A stretch of 64,000 nucleotides of DNA from Deltaproteobacteria bacterium (lineage in GTDB: Bacteria > Myxococcota_A > Polyangia > Fen-1088). The notes under the pieces are model-generated. The model searched no databases and was not told where the DNA came from. It saw only the letters and a program-made list of their open reading frames with translations. The position numbers and the translations under genes are program-made. The stretch covers positions 96,001 to 160,000 of the forward strand of contig JANRKS010000019.1 in the NCBI GenBank assembly GCA_033763315.1, in the 5' to 3' direction. Below, piece by piece: positions 1-9,832 of the stretch; within the stretch, counting starts at the first letter, position 1, and the number at the start of each line of letters is the position of its first letter.

Positions 1-824
1 AAGTGGCCGTGTTGGATATCGCGTTCGCCTCCGAAGGTGGTGGCTCGTCGTTCGAGGGCGTCACGATGCCTTTCATTCGCGGCTTGGGTCCGCGCTTGGC
101 CGCTTGGGTGGATCACCACGACCACGAACGCCACAGCTCGTTTGCCAATGACCCGCGTTTCGTCTTGGCAACCAAGGCTCAGCACGGCGCGTGCCCCGAA
201 ATGGTGACAGCTGATGTTGTGGCGGCCGCGGGGCATGTGGATACCGTGGCCATGCACGTGGATCTGGATGGCATCTATTCGGGTGCCAAGTGGGTGCTCA
301 AGGGCCAAGAGCCTTACCCGGGCGCTGACGCCGATGCCCGCGCGGTGGACACGCGCCGGGGCGAGCCTGGCAACCTGGCCAGCCGCATCGACCGTGCCTT
401 GCGCGCGCGCTTTCGCGACAACGATTTGAAGGTGGCGGTGATGCGCTACCTTGTGGCACGCACAGACGATCCAGACGCCTGGAACCAGATCGAAGCGGCG
501 GCGCGCCTCATCGATCCCTTGCTCGACGAGGCCCGGCGCATCGCCGGCGATTACCGCGTGCTGCAGGGTGTGGCCTACGTTCGTTTCGATACACAACGGC
601 CGTTCGACAAAACCGAGCTGCTTTTGCTGGGGCAGCAGGTGGCGCCCGTGGCGGTGGTGCACACCGGCGGCACGTTAAGCATTGCGGCCGACTTCGAATC
701 GGGTTTTGATTTTGTGCAAATGTTCGATATGGGAGGCGGCATGCCCACGCGTGTGTCCGTGCCTGAATCGCGACTGCAAGAGGTAATGGATAAAGTGGCG
801 GCCGCCGTGGCGGCACGCACCTAG
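1..824 (+). CDS. DHH-phosphoesterase-like protein (probably 5'-truncated by window edge)
   Basis: Open frame from the window start to the stop at 824; motifs LDIAF, WVDHHDH, HVDLDG and ARAVD resemble DHH-family metal-binding motifs in non-canonical order. Confidence 0.55.
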   Translation, partial: VAVLDIAFASEGGGSSFEGVTMPFIRGLGPRLAAWVDHHDHERHSSFANDPRFVLATKAQHGACPEMVTADVVAAAGHVDTVAMHVDLDGIYSGAKWVLKGQEPYPGADADARAVDTRRGEPGNLASRIDRALRARFRDNDLKVAVMRYLVARTDDPDAWNQIEAAARLIDPLLDEARRIAGDYRVLQGVAYVRFDTQRPFDKTELLLLGQQVAPVAVVHTGGTLSIAADFESGFDFVQMFDMGGGMPTRVSVPESRLQEVMDKVAAAVAART

Positions 825-832
825 GTTTCACG

Positions 833-1720
833 ATGGCAATTCAAAGACGAACGGCGCCCAAGCTCACGTACCTTCGGTTGGCTGACCGGCTGCTCAAAGC
901 AAAGACGTCGGATCAAAGCACCCACTTTGGCACTTTGCCGTCGCCCGCTGAAATCGCCGACCTTGTGGATGATTTGCTTTCGGTCTTGTTCCCTGGGTGG
1001 GGGCGTTCGGGCATCGCCTTTGGCACCCCAGGCAAGAAACTGCGCGAACATTTGGCCACCGTTTTGGTGAGCCTTGAACGCCGCGTGGAAGACGCCGTTC
1101 ACTTGGGCCTGCGCCGCCGTTGCTCAAGCAAAGAAACAGAGGCCGAGTGCCGTTCACAAGCGCAACGCAAAGCGCGGCAGTTTTTGGAGTCACTGCCCGA
1201 GGTGCGCACGTTGCTGGTGGGCGACATTGAAGTGGCCTATAAGGCCGATCCAGCAGCCACGGGCACGGATGAGATTGTGTCGTGCTATCCCGGCCTTTAC
1301 GCCATCGCGATCTACCGTGCCGCCCATCGTTTGTTGAAGTTGGGCGCGCCCATCGTTCCACGCATGATGACGGAACACGCGCACGCGCGCACCGGCATCG
1401 ACATCCACCCCGGCGCTCACATCGGGCCGGCGTTCTTCATCGATCACGGCACAGGCATCGTTGTTGGCGAAACCACGTTGATTGGCGCCAACGTGCGCAT
1501 TTATCAGGGCGTCACGCTGGGTGCGCTGTCAGTGAAAAGCCGCAACGTCGAAGCGCCGGGCCGCAAGCGCCACCCCACCATCGAAGATGACGTGATCATC
1601 TACGCCAACGCCACGATTCTGGGCGGCGGAACGATCATCGGGCGCGGCGCCGTGGTGGGTGGCAACGCGTGGATCACGTATTCCGTCCCCGCAGGCGTAC
1701 GCGTGGGCGTGGGCATGTAG
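833..1720 (+). CDS. cysE: Serine O-acetyltransferase
   Basis: [67 protein letters not shown] hexapeptide repeats. Confidence 0.93.
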   Translation: MAIQRRTAPKLTYLRLADRLLKAKTSDQSTHFGTLPSPAEIADLVDDLLSVLFPGWGRSGIAFGTPGKKLREHLATVLVSLERRVEDAVHLGLRRRCSSKETEAECRSQAQRKARQFLESLPEVRTLLVGDIEVAYKADPAATGTDEIVSCYPGLYAIAIYRAAHRLLKLGAPIVPRMMTEHAHARTGIDIHPGAHIGPAFFIDHGTGIVVGETTLIGANVRIYQGVTLGALSVKSRNVEAPGRKRHPTIEDDVIIYANATILGGGTIIGRGAVVGGNAWITYSVPAGVRVGVGM

Positions 1721-2692
1721 CTAAACGCTGGCTTCGCGCTGGCGTAGATCCATCACGATGTCGCGCTGGCCGTCGGCGTGGTAACTCGATCTCACAAGCG
1801 GCCCCGCCTCAACGTGCGGGAAACCCATCGCCAGCGCTTCGTCGCGCAATTGGTCGAACTCTTGCGGCGTCACGTAACGAGACAGCGGCAAATGGTTCTT
1901 GGATGGGCGCAGGTATTGGCCCAAGGTCACGATGTCCACGCCGATGCTTCGCACTTCACGCAGGACCTGGCGCACCTCATCGAGATCTTCGCCCAAGCCC
2001 AGCATCAAACCGGTTTTGGTGACCGCGCCTCGACGCTTGGCGTGGCCCAAAATCGCGTAAGACCGGGCATAGCTGGCTTGCACGCGCACCAAACGCGATA
2101 GCCGTGGCACCGTCTCCAAGTTGTGAGCAAACACGTGCGGGCCCGCGGCCAACACAACGTCCACAGCGCCCGTATCACCTTTGAAGTCGCCCGTGAGAAC
2201 TTCCAACACCATGTCGGGGCTGGCGGCTTTGACGGCGTTGATGGTGGCCGCCCAATGCGCGGCGCCGCCGTCAGGCAAATCATCGCGATCCACGCACGTG
2301 ATCACCGTGTGCCGCAAACCGAGTTCCGACAGCATCGTGGCCACCTTCTGTGGCTCCTCCGCATCGGGGGGCGCGGGCCGGCCGCTGGGTACGTCGCAGA
2401 ACTGGCACGACCGCGTGCACACGCCACCCAAGATCATGATGGTCAGGCTCTTGCGGTTCCAACATTCACCGATGTTCGGGCACGAGGCGCTTTGGCAAAC
2501 GGTGTGCAGCCCCAATTCTTTGACCCGGTCGCGCAGATCAAAGTAATTGTCGCCCTTGGGCATCTTCATCCGAATCCAATCGGGGTGGCGCGCGCCTCGG
2601 CCTTCGGGTTCGGGGGGCAGCGGCACATCGCCCAGCACGCGCAGGCGGCGGGGGTGAACTTTTGCGTGGGCTTTGCTGTCAACTTCGGACAT
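1721..2692 (-). CDS. lipA: Lipoyl synthase (radical SAM)
   Basis: CQSASCPNIGEC and CTRSCQFC cysteine motifs, HNLETV, GQYLRPS, GPLVRSSYHA; start moved to the ATG at 2692. Confidence 0.96.
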   Translation of the reverse strand: MSEVDSKAHAKVHPRRLRVLGDVPLPPEPEGRGARHPDWIRMKMPKGDNYFDLRDRVKELGLHTVCQSASCPNIGECWNRKSLTIMILGGVCTRSCQFCDVPSGRPAPPDAEEPQKVATMLSELGLRHTVITCVDRDDLPDGGAAHWAATINAVKAASPDMVLEVLTGDFKGDTGAVDVVLAAGPHVFAHNLETVPRLSRLVRVQASYARSYAILGHAKRRGAVTKTGLMLGLGEDLDEVRQVLREVRSIGVDIVTLGQYLRPSKNHLPLSRYVTPQEFDQLRDEALAMGFPHVEAGPLVRSSYHADGQRDIVMDLRQREASV

Positions 2693-2777
2693 GAAGAGCG
2701 TCAAGCTTAGCAGCCCCCAACAACCCCGTGCGGTTGCCACACCAAAGACTTGCCAGCGACCGAACGAACACGTTTAG

Positions 2778-5021
2778 ATGCGGGCAATGTCTCGGAACCG
2801 TTTGCCTTTGACCGCTTGGACCGTTGGCCACGCCACCGCCGCCACCGTGGCGCCCACGCGCTTTGTGCCCGCTCAGGTGCCCGGGGCCGTGCAGCTTGAT
2901 TGGGCAAACGCAGAGGGTTGGCCCCCCCACTGGAAAGGCGACAACTTCAAGCAGTACGCCTGGATGGAGGACGTGTTCTGGCTTTACCGAACGCAGTTGC
3001 CCGAGGCGCCCGTGGGGCCCGGGGCGCGTCGCTACTTGGTGTTGATGGGAGTCGACTACCAGTTCGAGGTACGCCTTGATGGTCACGCGGTGTTTAGCCA
3101 AGAGGGCATGTTCACGCCCGTGGAATTGGATGTCACCGCGTACGTGGGGGCCACCTTGGAGGTGCTTGTGTGGCCGGCGCCCAAGTATCCGGGCGCCCAC
3201 CGCCCGAAAGCGGAGGCGTCCCGCTCATGCAAACCCGCCGTAAGTTACGGTTGGGATTGGCACCCTCGCTTGATCCCGCTGGGCATTTGGGACGAGGCGT
3301 TCGTGGAAGATCGCCCGATGAGCCACCTACAAAACGCCGCGGTGACTTACGTGTTGGCCGATGATTTCACGAGTGCGGATCTAACGGTTCAAGTGAATGT
3401 GGCCGCGCCCACGCCCGGGCAGAAAGTTCGCTTCACGTTGAGGAACGCCGCGGGCGAGCCTGTGATCGCGGGCGAAGCGCCTGCCGCCTCCGCGGTGGCA
3501 TTGCCCGCAAGGTTGCAATCACCGCGGCTGTGGTGGCCGAACGAACAGGGCGAAGCTTATCTTTACGCCAGCACCGTTGAGCTGCTGGACGCGCGCGGTG
3601 ATGTGCTGGACGTGCACCAATCCAAAGTGGGTTTCCGGCGCGCACGTTTGGTGATGAACGAAGGCGCTTGGGATGAGCCGGCCACGTTTCCCAAATCCCG
3701 CAGCGTTCCACCGATCACGTTGCAGATCAACGGCCGCCGCATCTTCGCCAAAGGCAGCAACTGGGTAAACCCGGATATTTTTCCAGGCACGATCACGGCC
3801 GAGACCTATCGCCCGCTTGTGCAAATGGCCAAGGACGCCCACTTCAACATTTTTCGCACGTGGGGTGGCGCGATCGTCAACAAGCGCGCCTTCTTCGAGC
3901 AATGCGATGAAGCCGGCATTATGGTGTGGCAAGAGTTTCCGTTGGCGTGCAACGACTATGCAGACGATCCGGCCTATCTGCGCGTGCTGGATCAAGAATC
4001 GCGCGCGATCATCACACGCCTTCAACAGCACCCGTCCTTGTGTTTGTGGTGCGGTGGCAACGAACTTTACAACGTGTGGTCGGGCATGACGGATCAGCAT
4101 AAAGCGTTGCGCCTGTTGAATCGCAATTGCTTCGATCTCGATCCTGAAACGCCGTTTTTGCCCACGTCGCCCGTGATGGGCATGGGGCACGGTGATTATC
4201 GGTTTCGCGACGAAAATGGCCGCGAAGTGTTTCAAATGTTTGCGCAGGCCCGCAACACGGCTTACACGGAGTTCGGTTGCCCTGGGCCTTCAGACGCCGA
4301 CTACATCGCCAGCTTTACACCACCAGAGGAACTGTTCCCGCCACGGCCCGGCACCACGTGGGAGACACACCACGCGTTCGGCGCGTGGGGCGTGTCCCCG
4401 CAATCGTGGCTGTTTCCCGATCTGATCGCAGATTATTTTGGCGAGTGCGCGAACTTGGAAGAGATGGTGCGCTTTGGCCAGCTGATGCAGGCGGAAGGGT
4501 ACAAGTGCCTTTATGAAGAGGCGCGCCGCCAAAAGCCATTTGCCTCGATGGCGCTGAACTGGTGCTACAACGAGCCGTGGCCTTCGGCCGCCAACAACAG
4601 CTTGATCTGTTGGCCCGCGCGCCCCAAACCAGCGCTGGCGGCGGTGGCTGCCTCGTGCCGCCCGGTGTTGGCAAGCGCCAAGGTGCCGCAGTTTTCTTGG
4701 ATCGCCGAGGACTTGTTCAAAGCCGAGCTGTGGCTGTTGAACGATAGCCCCAACCCGGTGCCTGCCGGCCGCATGCGGTGTGTGTTGCGCATGGACGGCC
4801 AAGACGTGCCGCTGGTGACGTGGGATTTTCCGGACGTGCCGGCCAACCAGAACCTGGCGGGCCCCGTGGCGCGGGCCTTGTTGCCGCAAGGGCAGGGCAA
4901 GGTATTTGAAGTGGTGCTGACAGTCGAAGGGCAGCCTGCCTTCGATTCCACCTACCGCTTGTGCTTCCGGCCGGGCCAGCAGCGGGGCAAGGTGCGGGTG
5001 GGTTTCGCGAACAACGCGTAA
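2778..5021 (+). CDS. Glycoside hydrolase family 2, beta-mannosidase-like
   Basis: YGWDW.PRL.P.GIW, PRLWWPN..G...LY, NIFRTWGG, CDEAGIMVWQEF, LWCGGNEL (acid/base), TEFG (nucleophile). Confidence 0.88.
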   Translation: MRAMSRNRLPLTAWTVGHATAATVAPTRFVPAQVPGAVQLDWANAEGWPPHWKGDNFKQYAWMEDVFWLYRTQLPEAPVGPGARRYLVLMGVDYQFEVRLDGHAVFSQEGMFTPVELDVTAYVGATLEVLVWPAPKYPGAHRPKAEASRSCKPAVSYGWDWHPRLIPLGIWDEAFVEDRPMSHLQNAAVTYVLADDFTSADLTVQVNVAAPTPGQKVRFTLRNAAGEPVIAGEAPAASAVALPARLQSPRLWWPNEQGEAYLYASTVELLDARGDVLDVHQSKVGFRRARLVMNEGAWDEPATFPKSRSVPPITLQINGRRIFAKGSNWVNPDIFPGTITAETYRPLVQMAKDAHFNIFRTWGGAIVNKRAFFEQCDEAGIMVWQEFPLACNDYADDPAYLRVLDQESRAIITRLQQHPSLCLWCGGNELYNVWSGMTDQHKALRLLNRNCFDLDPETPFLPTSPVMGMGHGDYRFRDENGREVFQMFAQARNTAYTEFGCPGPSDADYIASFTPPEELFPPRPGTTWETHHAFGAWGVSPQSWLFPDLIADYFGECANLEEMVRFGQLMQAEGYKCLYEEARRQKPFASMALNWCYNEPWPSAANNSLICWPARPKPALAAVAASCRPVLASAKVPQFSWIAEDLFKAELWLLNDSPNPVPAGRMRCVLRMDGQDVPLVTWDFPDVPANQNLAGPVARALLPQGQGKVFEVVLTVEGQPAFDSTYRLCFRPGQQRGKVRVGFANNA

Positions 5022-5101
5022 AGCTTGACGCCATCGGGTCGGGTGCGGTATTCGCGCCCCACGCCCGCGTGCCCCTGCGCCCTGCGCCCCCTGGAAAACT
5101 C

Positions 5102-6736
5102 ATGGACAGCCGTTTCGATACAGAGGTGAAGCGTCGAAGGACCTTCGCCATCATTTCGCACCCCGACGCGGGCAAAACCACACTCACGGAAAAACTGCTG
5201 CTTTACGGCGGCGTGATCCAGCTGGCCGGCGCGGTGAAGGCCAAGCGTGGCCGCAGCGCCGCGGTCAGCGACTGGATGGAGATGGAACGCGAGCGTGGCA
5301 TCTCGATCACCACCAGCGTGTTGCAGTTCCCTTACCGGGGCCTCAAGGTGAACCTGCTGGATACGCCGGGCCACGCCGACTTCTCCGAAGACACGTACCG
5401 CACGCTGCACGCTGTGGACGGCGCGGTGATGTTGTTGGATTGTGCCAAAGGCGTGGAAGCGCAAACGCGCAAGCTGTTTCGCGTGTGCCGGCAACGCAGC
5501 ATTCCGATCTTCACGTTCGTCAACAAGATGGATCGCCCCGGTCGCGATCCGTTTGATCTGGTGGGCGAGGTTGAGAACGTTCTGGGCATCGGCGTTTACC
5601 CGATTACGTGGCCGATTTTCACAAGCGGCGTGTTCCGCGGCGTTTACCACCGCTTGCTTAAGCGCGTGTTCTTGTTTGATTCCTCGCGCGCCAAATCCAG
5701 CGCGCACATGGGTGCCGAAATCGCCGATATGGAAGTCACCGGCATCGACGATCCCGCGTTGTCCGAATCGTTGGGTGTGCAAGGCCACCAACGCCTCAAA
5801 GAAGAAACGGAACTGCTTGAAGCCGCGGGCGATACGTTTGATGAAGCGCGCTTTTTGCGCGGCGAGGTGTCGCCGATGTTCTTCGGCAGCGCCATCAACA
5901 ACTTCGGCCTTGAGACGTTCCTTGATAGCTTCTGCGACATGATGCCGTCGCCCTCGGGGCGCATGGCCGCCGAAGGGCCCGTGGAGGCCAGCGATCCGCG
6001 CTTTTCCGCCTTCGTTTTCAAAGTGCAAGCGAACATGGATCGCGCGCACCGTGATCGTGTGGCGTTTATCCGCATTTGTTCCGGCAAGTTTGAGCGCGGC
6101 ATGAAGGTCAAACGCGACAAAGCCGGCCGCGAAGTGCGCTTGGCTTCGCCAATGAACTTCATGGCGCAAGAGCGCGTGTTGGTGGAAGAAGCCTATGCCG
6201 GCGACGTGATCGGCATTCACGAGTCGGGCTCGTTCGAGATTGGTGACACGATCTCGGAAGGCGGCGACATTCACTTCGAGGACATCCCAAGCTTTGCGCC
6301 CGAGCACTTCGCGCGCCTTTTGCTTGTGGATCCGATGCGACGCAAGCCGTTCGCCAAAGGCATCGAGCAATTGGCGCAAGAAGGCACCATCCAGCTTTAC
6401 CGTGCCCCCGGTGGCCGCGCGGGCGATGTGGTGGTGGGCGCGGTGGGTCAACTGCAGCTTGAAGTGGTGCGGTACCGTTTGCAGGTGGAATACGACGTGG
6501 ACGTGCGCATCGACACGGTTCCCTACAGTTGCTGCCGCTGGGTGTCGCGTGCTGACGGCGCGCCTGTGGATTTGGATCAACTGGATCGCGCTCGCATTGG
6601 CCTGGCCGTGGAAGACGTGAAGGGCCGCGCCGTGGTGTTGTTTGCCAGCGAATGGCAGATGAACGCCGCCACCGCCGAACACCCGAACTACGTGTTCACT
6701 GAGACCGCCCGCGGCGGCGCCGTCAAACGCGATTAG
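5102..6736 (+). CDS. prfC: Peptide chain release factor 3
   Basis: RRTFAIISHPDAGKTTLTEKLLLYGG, SDWMEMERERGISITTS, DTPGHADFSEDTYR, FKVQANMD..HRDRVAF. Confidence 0.97.
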   Translation: MDSRFDTEVKRRRTFAIISHPDAGKTTLTEKLLLYGGVIQLAGAVKAKRGRSAAVSDWMEMERERGISITTSVLQFPYRGLKVNLLDTPGHADFSEDTYRTLHAVDGAVMLLDCAKGVEAQTRKLFRVCRQRSIPIFTFVNKMDRPGRDPFDLVGEVENVLGIGVYPITWPIFTSGVFRGVYHRLLKRVFLFDSSRAKSSAHMGAEIADMEVTGIDDPALSESLGVQGHQRLKEETELLEAAGDTFDEARFLRGEVSPMFFGSAINNFGLETFLDSFCDMMPSPSGRMAAEGPVEASDPRFSAFVFKVQANMDRAHRDRVAFIRICSGKFERGMKVKRDKAGREVRLASPMNFMAQERVLVEEAYAGDVIGIHESGSFEIGDTISEGGDIHFEDIPSFAPEHFARLLLVDPMRRKPFAKGIEQLAQEGTIQLYRAPGGRAGDVVVGAVGQLQLEVVRYRLQVEYDVDVRIDTVPYSCCRWVSRADGAPVDLDQLDRARIGLAVEDVKGRAVVLFASEWQMNAATAEHPNYVFTETARGGAVKRD

Positions 6737-6781
6737 CGTAAATGGCTGCCGCCAAATCGGTTATGCGCTAGGTTTAGCGCG

Positions 6782-8059
6782 ATGTCACCTTCCGTTTTGT
6801 CTGTGGCCGAACCCCAGGGCGACGTGGCCGCGCCCGCCGTGTCCGACTTGGTGGTGCGTGCGTTTCCCGCCGCTGCCTACAAAGGCCGGCGCGTGGTGGT
6901 GGTGGTGCCCGACGCCACCCGCAGCGGCCCCATCGATCGTGTGTGGAAAGCCTTGCACGCGGCCATCGCGGCCGACACCGCGGCCTTCGACGTCTTGGTG
7001 GCCTTGGGCACGCATCAGCCCATGAGCGAAGCTGCCATTTGCCAACGCTTGGGGCTTTCCCCCGAAGAGCGAGCCACCACGTATGCGCGGGTGAAGTTCA
7101 TGAACCACGCGTGGGACGATCCCAGTGAGCTTGTGCAGGTGGGCACTTTGACCGCGGACGAAGTGCACGCCCTGACCAACGGCATGTTCGCGATGGACGT
7201 GCCTGTGGAGGTGAACAAACACATCTTTGATTACGACGAGACCGTGATCATTGGGCCCGTGTTCCCGCACGAAGTTGTGGGCTTTTCGGGTGGCAACAAA
7301 TATCTGTTCCCGGGTGTGGCGGGCGCGCGCATCTTGAACTTCTTTCACTGGCTGGGCGCCGTGGTCACGAACCCCATGATCATCGGCGTGGCCAACACGC
7401 CGGTGCGCCAAGTTGTAGATCGCGCGGGCGCCATGGTGAAAACCAGCAAGCGCTGTTTGGCTCTGGTGGTGGAAGGCTCGCGTCTGGCGGGTCTGTTTGT
7501 GGGCACACCCGAGGACGCGTGGAAAGAAGCGGCGCAATTGTCAGCGCAGCTTCACATCACATACAAAGACAAGCCGTTTCACAAAGTGTTGTCGTGCGTG
7601 CCCGCGATGTATGACGATCTGTGGACGGGCGGCAAGGGCATGTACAAGCTTGAGCCGGTACTGGCTGATGGTGCAGAACTCATCATCTATGGCCCGCACA
7701 TTCACGAGGTTTCAGTGACCCACAATGAAACCATGCTGAAGATCGGTTACCACTGCCGCGACTATTTTCTCAAGCAATGGGACGCGTTCAAACATTATCC
7801 GTGGGGTGTGTTGGCGCATTCCACGCACGTGCGCGGTGGCGGCACATTTGAAAATGGTGTGGAGCGCTGCCGCGTGAAAGTTACGCTGGCCACCTCGATC
7901 CCGCCGCAAGTGTGCGCGCAGATCAATATGGGTTACCTCGATCCCGCCACAGTGAACCCGGCGGACTACGCGGGCCAAGAAGAGCAGGGCGTTCTGTTGG
8001 TGCCCAAGGCCGGTGAAACGTTGTTCAAACTGAAAACGCCTCCGCCGTGGGCGGCATAA
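6782..8059 (+). CDS. Lactate racemase (LarA) family nickel-pincer-dependent isomerase; substrate unknown
   Basis: VPDATRS, VALGTH, NHAWD, PHEVVGFSGGNKYLFPGVAG motifs typical of LarA homologues. Confidence 0.82.
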   Translation: MSPSVLSVAEPQGDVAAPAVSDLVVRAFPAAAYKGRRVVVVVPDATRSGPIDRVWKALHAAIAADTAAFDVLVALGTHQPMSEAAICQRLGLSPEERATTYARVKFMNHAWDDPSELVQVGTLTADEVHALTNGMFAMDVPVEVNKHIFDYDETVIIGPVFPHEVVGFSGGNKYLFPGVAGARILNFFHWLGAVVTNPMIIGVANTPVRQVVDRAGAMVKTSKRCLALVVEGSRLAGLFVGTPEDAWKEAAQLSAQLHITYKDKPFHKVLSCVPAMYDDLWTGGKGMYKLEPVLADGAELIIYGPHIHEVSVTHNETMLKIGYHCRDYFLKQWDAFKHYPWGVLAHSTHVRGGGTFENGVERCRVKVTLATSIPPQVCAQINMGYLDPATVNPADYAGQEEQGVLLVPKAGETLFKLKTPPPWAA

Positions 8060-8552
8060 ATTCAACTTGCATGCGTTCGCGCAGCATCGACAGCGCCACC
8101 AGGTTGCGACGCCTCACCGTGGATTGCGGGATGCCCAGCGTCTTGGCGATCTCTGCGGGCCGCAGGTGATCGTAATAGCGCTGGCGCAACGTGGTTTGAT
8201 AAGGCTCGGGCAACTGCTCCAAGGTTTGCGCGAGCCGCTCGGACCAACGCCTTTGATCCACTTCGCTTTCGGGTGAGGCAATGGCGTCGGGCGCTGCGCT
8301 AACCAGCTCACGCTGCTCTCGGCGCTTATGGCTGCGGCACCACATCCGAAATTGATTTCGAAGCGCGCCTTCGAGCCAAGCCTTCAGCGAATGCTCAATC
8401 GCGGGCGGCCGCCGCAGGTACGCCAACAGCGTGTCTTGCACCAGATCGTGGGCCAGCTCTTCGCTGCGCACCAAGCACAGCGCGCGTCGCCTAAGCCATG
8501 CCGTGTGGCTAGTGAGGTCTAAGGACGTCGGCTCCTCAACAACTGAACGCAC
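8025..8552 (-). CDS. ECF-type RNA polymerase sigma-70 factor
   Basis: AHDLVQDTLL and LKAWL (region 2); LEQLPEPYQTTL and EIAKTLGIPQSTVRRR (region 4 HTH); overlaps the 3' end of the convergent LarA gene by 35 bp. Confidence 0.82.
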   Translation of the reverse strand: MRSVVEEPTSLDLTSHTAWLRRRALCLVRSEELAHDLVQDTLLAYLRRPPAIEHSLKAWLEGALRNQFRMWCRSHKRREQRELVSAAPDAIASPESEVDQRRWSERLAQTLEQLPEPYQTTLRQRYYDHLRPAEIAKTLGIPQSTVRRRNLVALSMLRERMQVEFMPPTAEAFSV

Positions 8553-8690
8553 GCCAGAAATTATAGAGGGCCAAAAGTCCCAGCGAAGGTAAATTACTGA
8601 CCTGCGTCATGGCGAGAAATGCCCGTTTCCTAGGCGGTTTTTGCCATTAGGGGGGCCTGACGTTAACGCCGGAATCACCGGGTGGCGCGG

Positions 8691-8712
8691 ATGTGCATCG
8701 AATGATACGCAT
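8691..8712. promoter_or_regulatory. Imperfect inverted repeat, candidate antitoxin autoregulatory operator
   Basis: ATGTGCATC-GAAT-GATACGCAT (7 of 9 positions symmetric), ending 6 bp before the antitoxin ATG. Confidence 0.4.
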
Positions 8713-8718
8713 TTGCAT

Positions 8719-8955
8719 ATGCGCACCACGGTCGACCTTCCCGATGCTCTTCTGGAACGTGCCCGGCCACTGTTGGCAGCACGCCACATGACGCTCACGT
8801 CGCTATTTGTTCAAGCACTTGAGCAACTGGTTTGTGCTGAAGCGCCCTCGTTTAAGCTACGTGACTCCACGGACGGATACCCCGCGGGTGATCAACAGGT
8901 GTCGAGTGAGCAGATCAATCTCGCCGTCGATGAATTTAACGAGCCGGCACGTTGA
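8719..8955 (+). CDS. VapB-like ribbon-helix-helix antitoxin
   Basis: MRTTVDLPDALLERAR...TLTSLFVQAL N-terminus typical of RHH VapB antitoxins; 78 aa. Confidence 0.75.
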   Translation: MRTTVDLPDALLERARPLLAARHMTLTSLFVQALEQLVCAEAPSFKLRDSTDGYPAGDQQVSSEQINLAVDEFNEPAR

Positions 8956-9045
8956 CCTCCACTTATCACGCTGCTTCTGACGGCGGATCGCGATTTCAGC
9001 CGCTTTCCTGCTTTGAAAACCAGAAACCCGCTGATCGCCACTTAG
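8956..9045 (+). pseudogene. Remnant of a VapC PIN toxin (C-terminal ~25 codons only)
   Basis: 8971-9045 translates LLLTADRDFSRFPALKTRNPLIAT*, the typical C-terminus of VapC toxins; no start codon or N-terminal PIN residues. Confidence 0.75.
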
Positions 9046-9083
9046 ACGGCGGTGGCGGCGAACGACAGTCCGTCGCCGTCGTC
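9045..9083. terminator. GC-rich hairpin between the convergent TA remnant and lexA
   Basis: GACGGCGGTGGCGG (9045-9058) pairs with CCGTCGCCGTCGTC (9070-9083), including G-U pairs; no clear U-tract. Confidence 0.4.
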
Positions 9084-9089
9084 CGCACC

Positions 9090-9758
9090 CTAGTTCTTCA
9101 TCTTGCGGTACACACCCACCACGATGCCGATGATGTTCACGCTGCGGAAATCCTTGCGGCGCACGTAGATCGGTTGCATCGCGGCGTTGGCGGGCTGAAA
9201 GCGGATTTTGTCGCCTTCGGGGTAATACCGTTTCACGGTGGCTTCGTCGCCGATCATGGCCACCACGATCTCGCCGGGTTCGGCCTTGAGCTGCTTGCGC
9301 ACGAACACGAAATCTCCGTTGAAGATGCCGTCTTCGATCATGGAATCGCCGGTGACCCGCAATGCAAACACCTCGCGGTTCTCCCCAATGAAGAAGCGAT
9401 CCACCTTGACGGTGCCCTCGGTGTTTTCCACCGCGAGCAACGGTTGACCTGCGGCCACGCGCCCGAGGATGGGGATCTCAACGAAGCCATTGCCGGCCGC
9501 AGGGCTCAGTGAAGCCACAGGACGCAGGGCGCGGGATTTCAAATCCTCCCGCTGCAAGTAGCCCTTCTTTTCAAGCGCGCGCAGATGGTCGTTCACCCCG
9601 TTGGTGGAGCGAATGCCAAAGTGGCTGCCGATCTCACGCAAGGTGGGAGGGTAGCCGCGGCCTTCAATAGACTGGCTGATGAAATCGAGAATCTCGCGCT
9701 GACGATCCGTAAGCGCGTCCCGTTCATCTTCGTCACGAACCAGACTTAACTCGCCCAT
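9090..9758 (-). CDS. lexA: SOS repressor LexA
   Basis: [29 protein letters not shown] (Ala-Gly cleavage site), GDSM (Ser), EATVKR (Lys); GGAGG RBS upstream of the ATG at 9758. Confidence 0.97.
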   Translation of the reverse strand: MGELSLVRDEDERDALTDRQREILDFISQSIEGRGYPPTLREIGSHFGIRSTNGVNDHLRALEKKGYLQREDLKSRALRPVASLSPAAGNGFVEIPILGRVAAGQPLLAVENTEGTVKVDRFFIGENREVFALRVTGDSMIEDGIFNGDFVFVRKQLKAEPGEIVVAMIGDEATVKRYYPEGDKIRFQPANAAMQPIYVRRKDFRSVNIIGIVVGVYRKMKN

Positions 9759-9815
9759 TTGTGCGGCCTCCACATCATCCGTGCCCCGTTCACCGGAACA
9801 ATGTGCCCAGCTATA

Positions 9816-9832
9816 ACTGAACAAACGTATGG
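9816..9832 (-). promoter_or_regulatory. Myxobacterial-type LexA (SOS) box overlapping the lexA -10 element
   Basis: Minus strand CCATACGTTTGTTCAGT matches 15 of 17 positions of the Myxococcus xanthus consensus CTRHAMRYBYGTTCAGS, as I recall it. Confidence 0.75.

Noticed and set aside
4952-6682. 576 aa minus-strand ORF
   Set aside because: Antisense shadow of prfC, expected in high-GC coding DNA; no protein motifs
8953-9045. Read-through or selenocysteine at the antitoxin TGA giving an antitoxin-toxin fusion
   Set aside because: The in-frame position is adequately explained by a deletion; no SECIS-like stem directly after the TGA and no functional rationale
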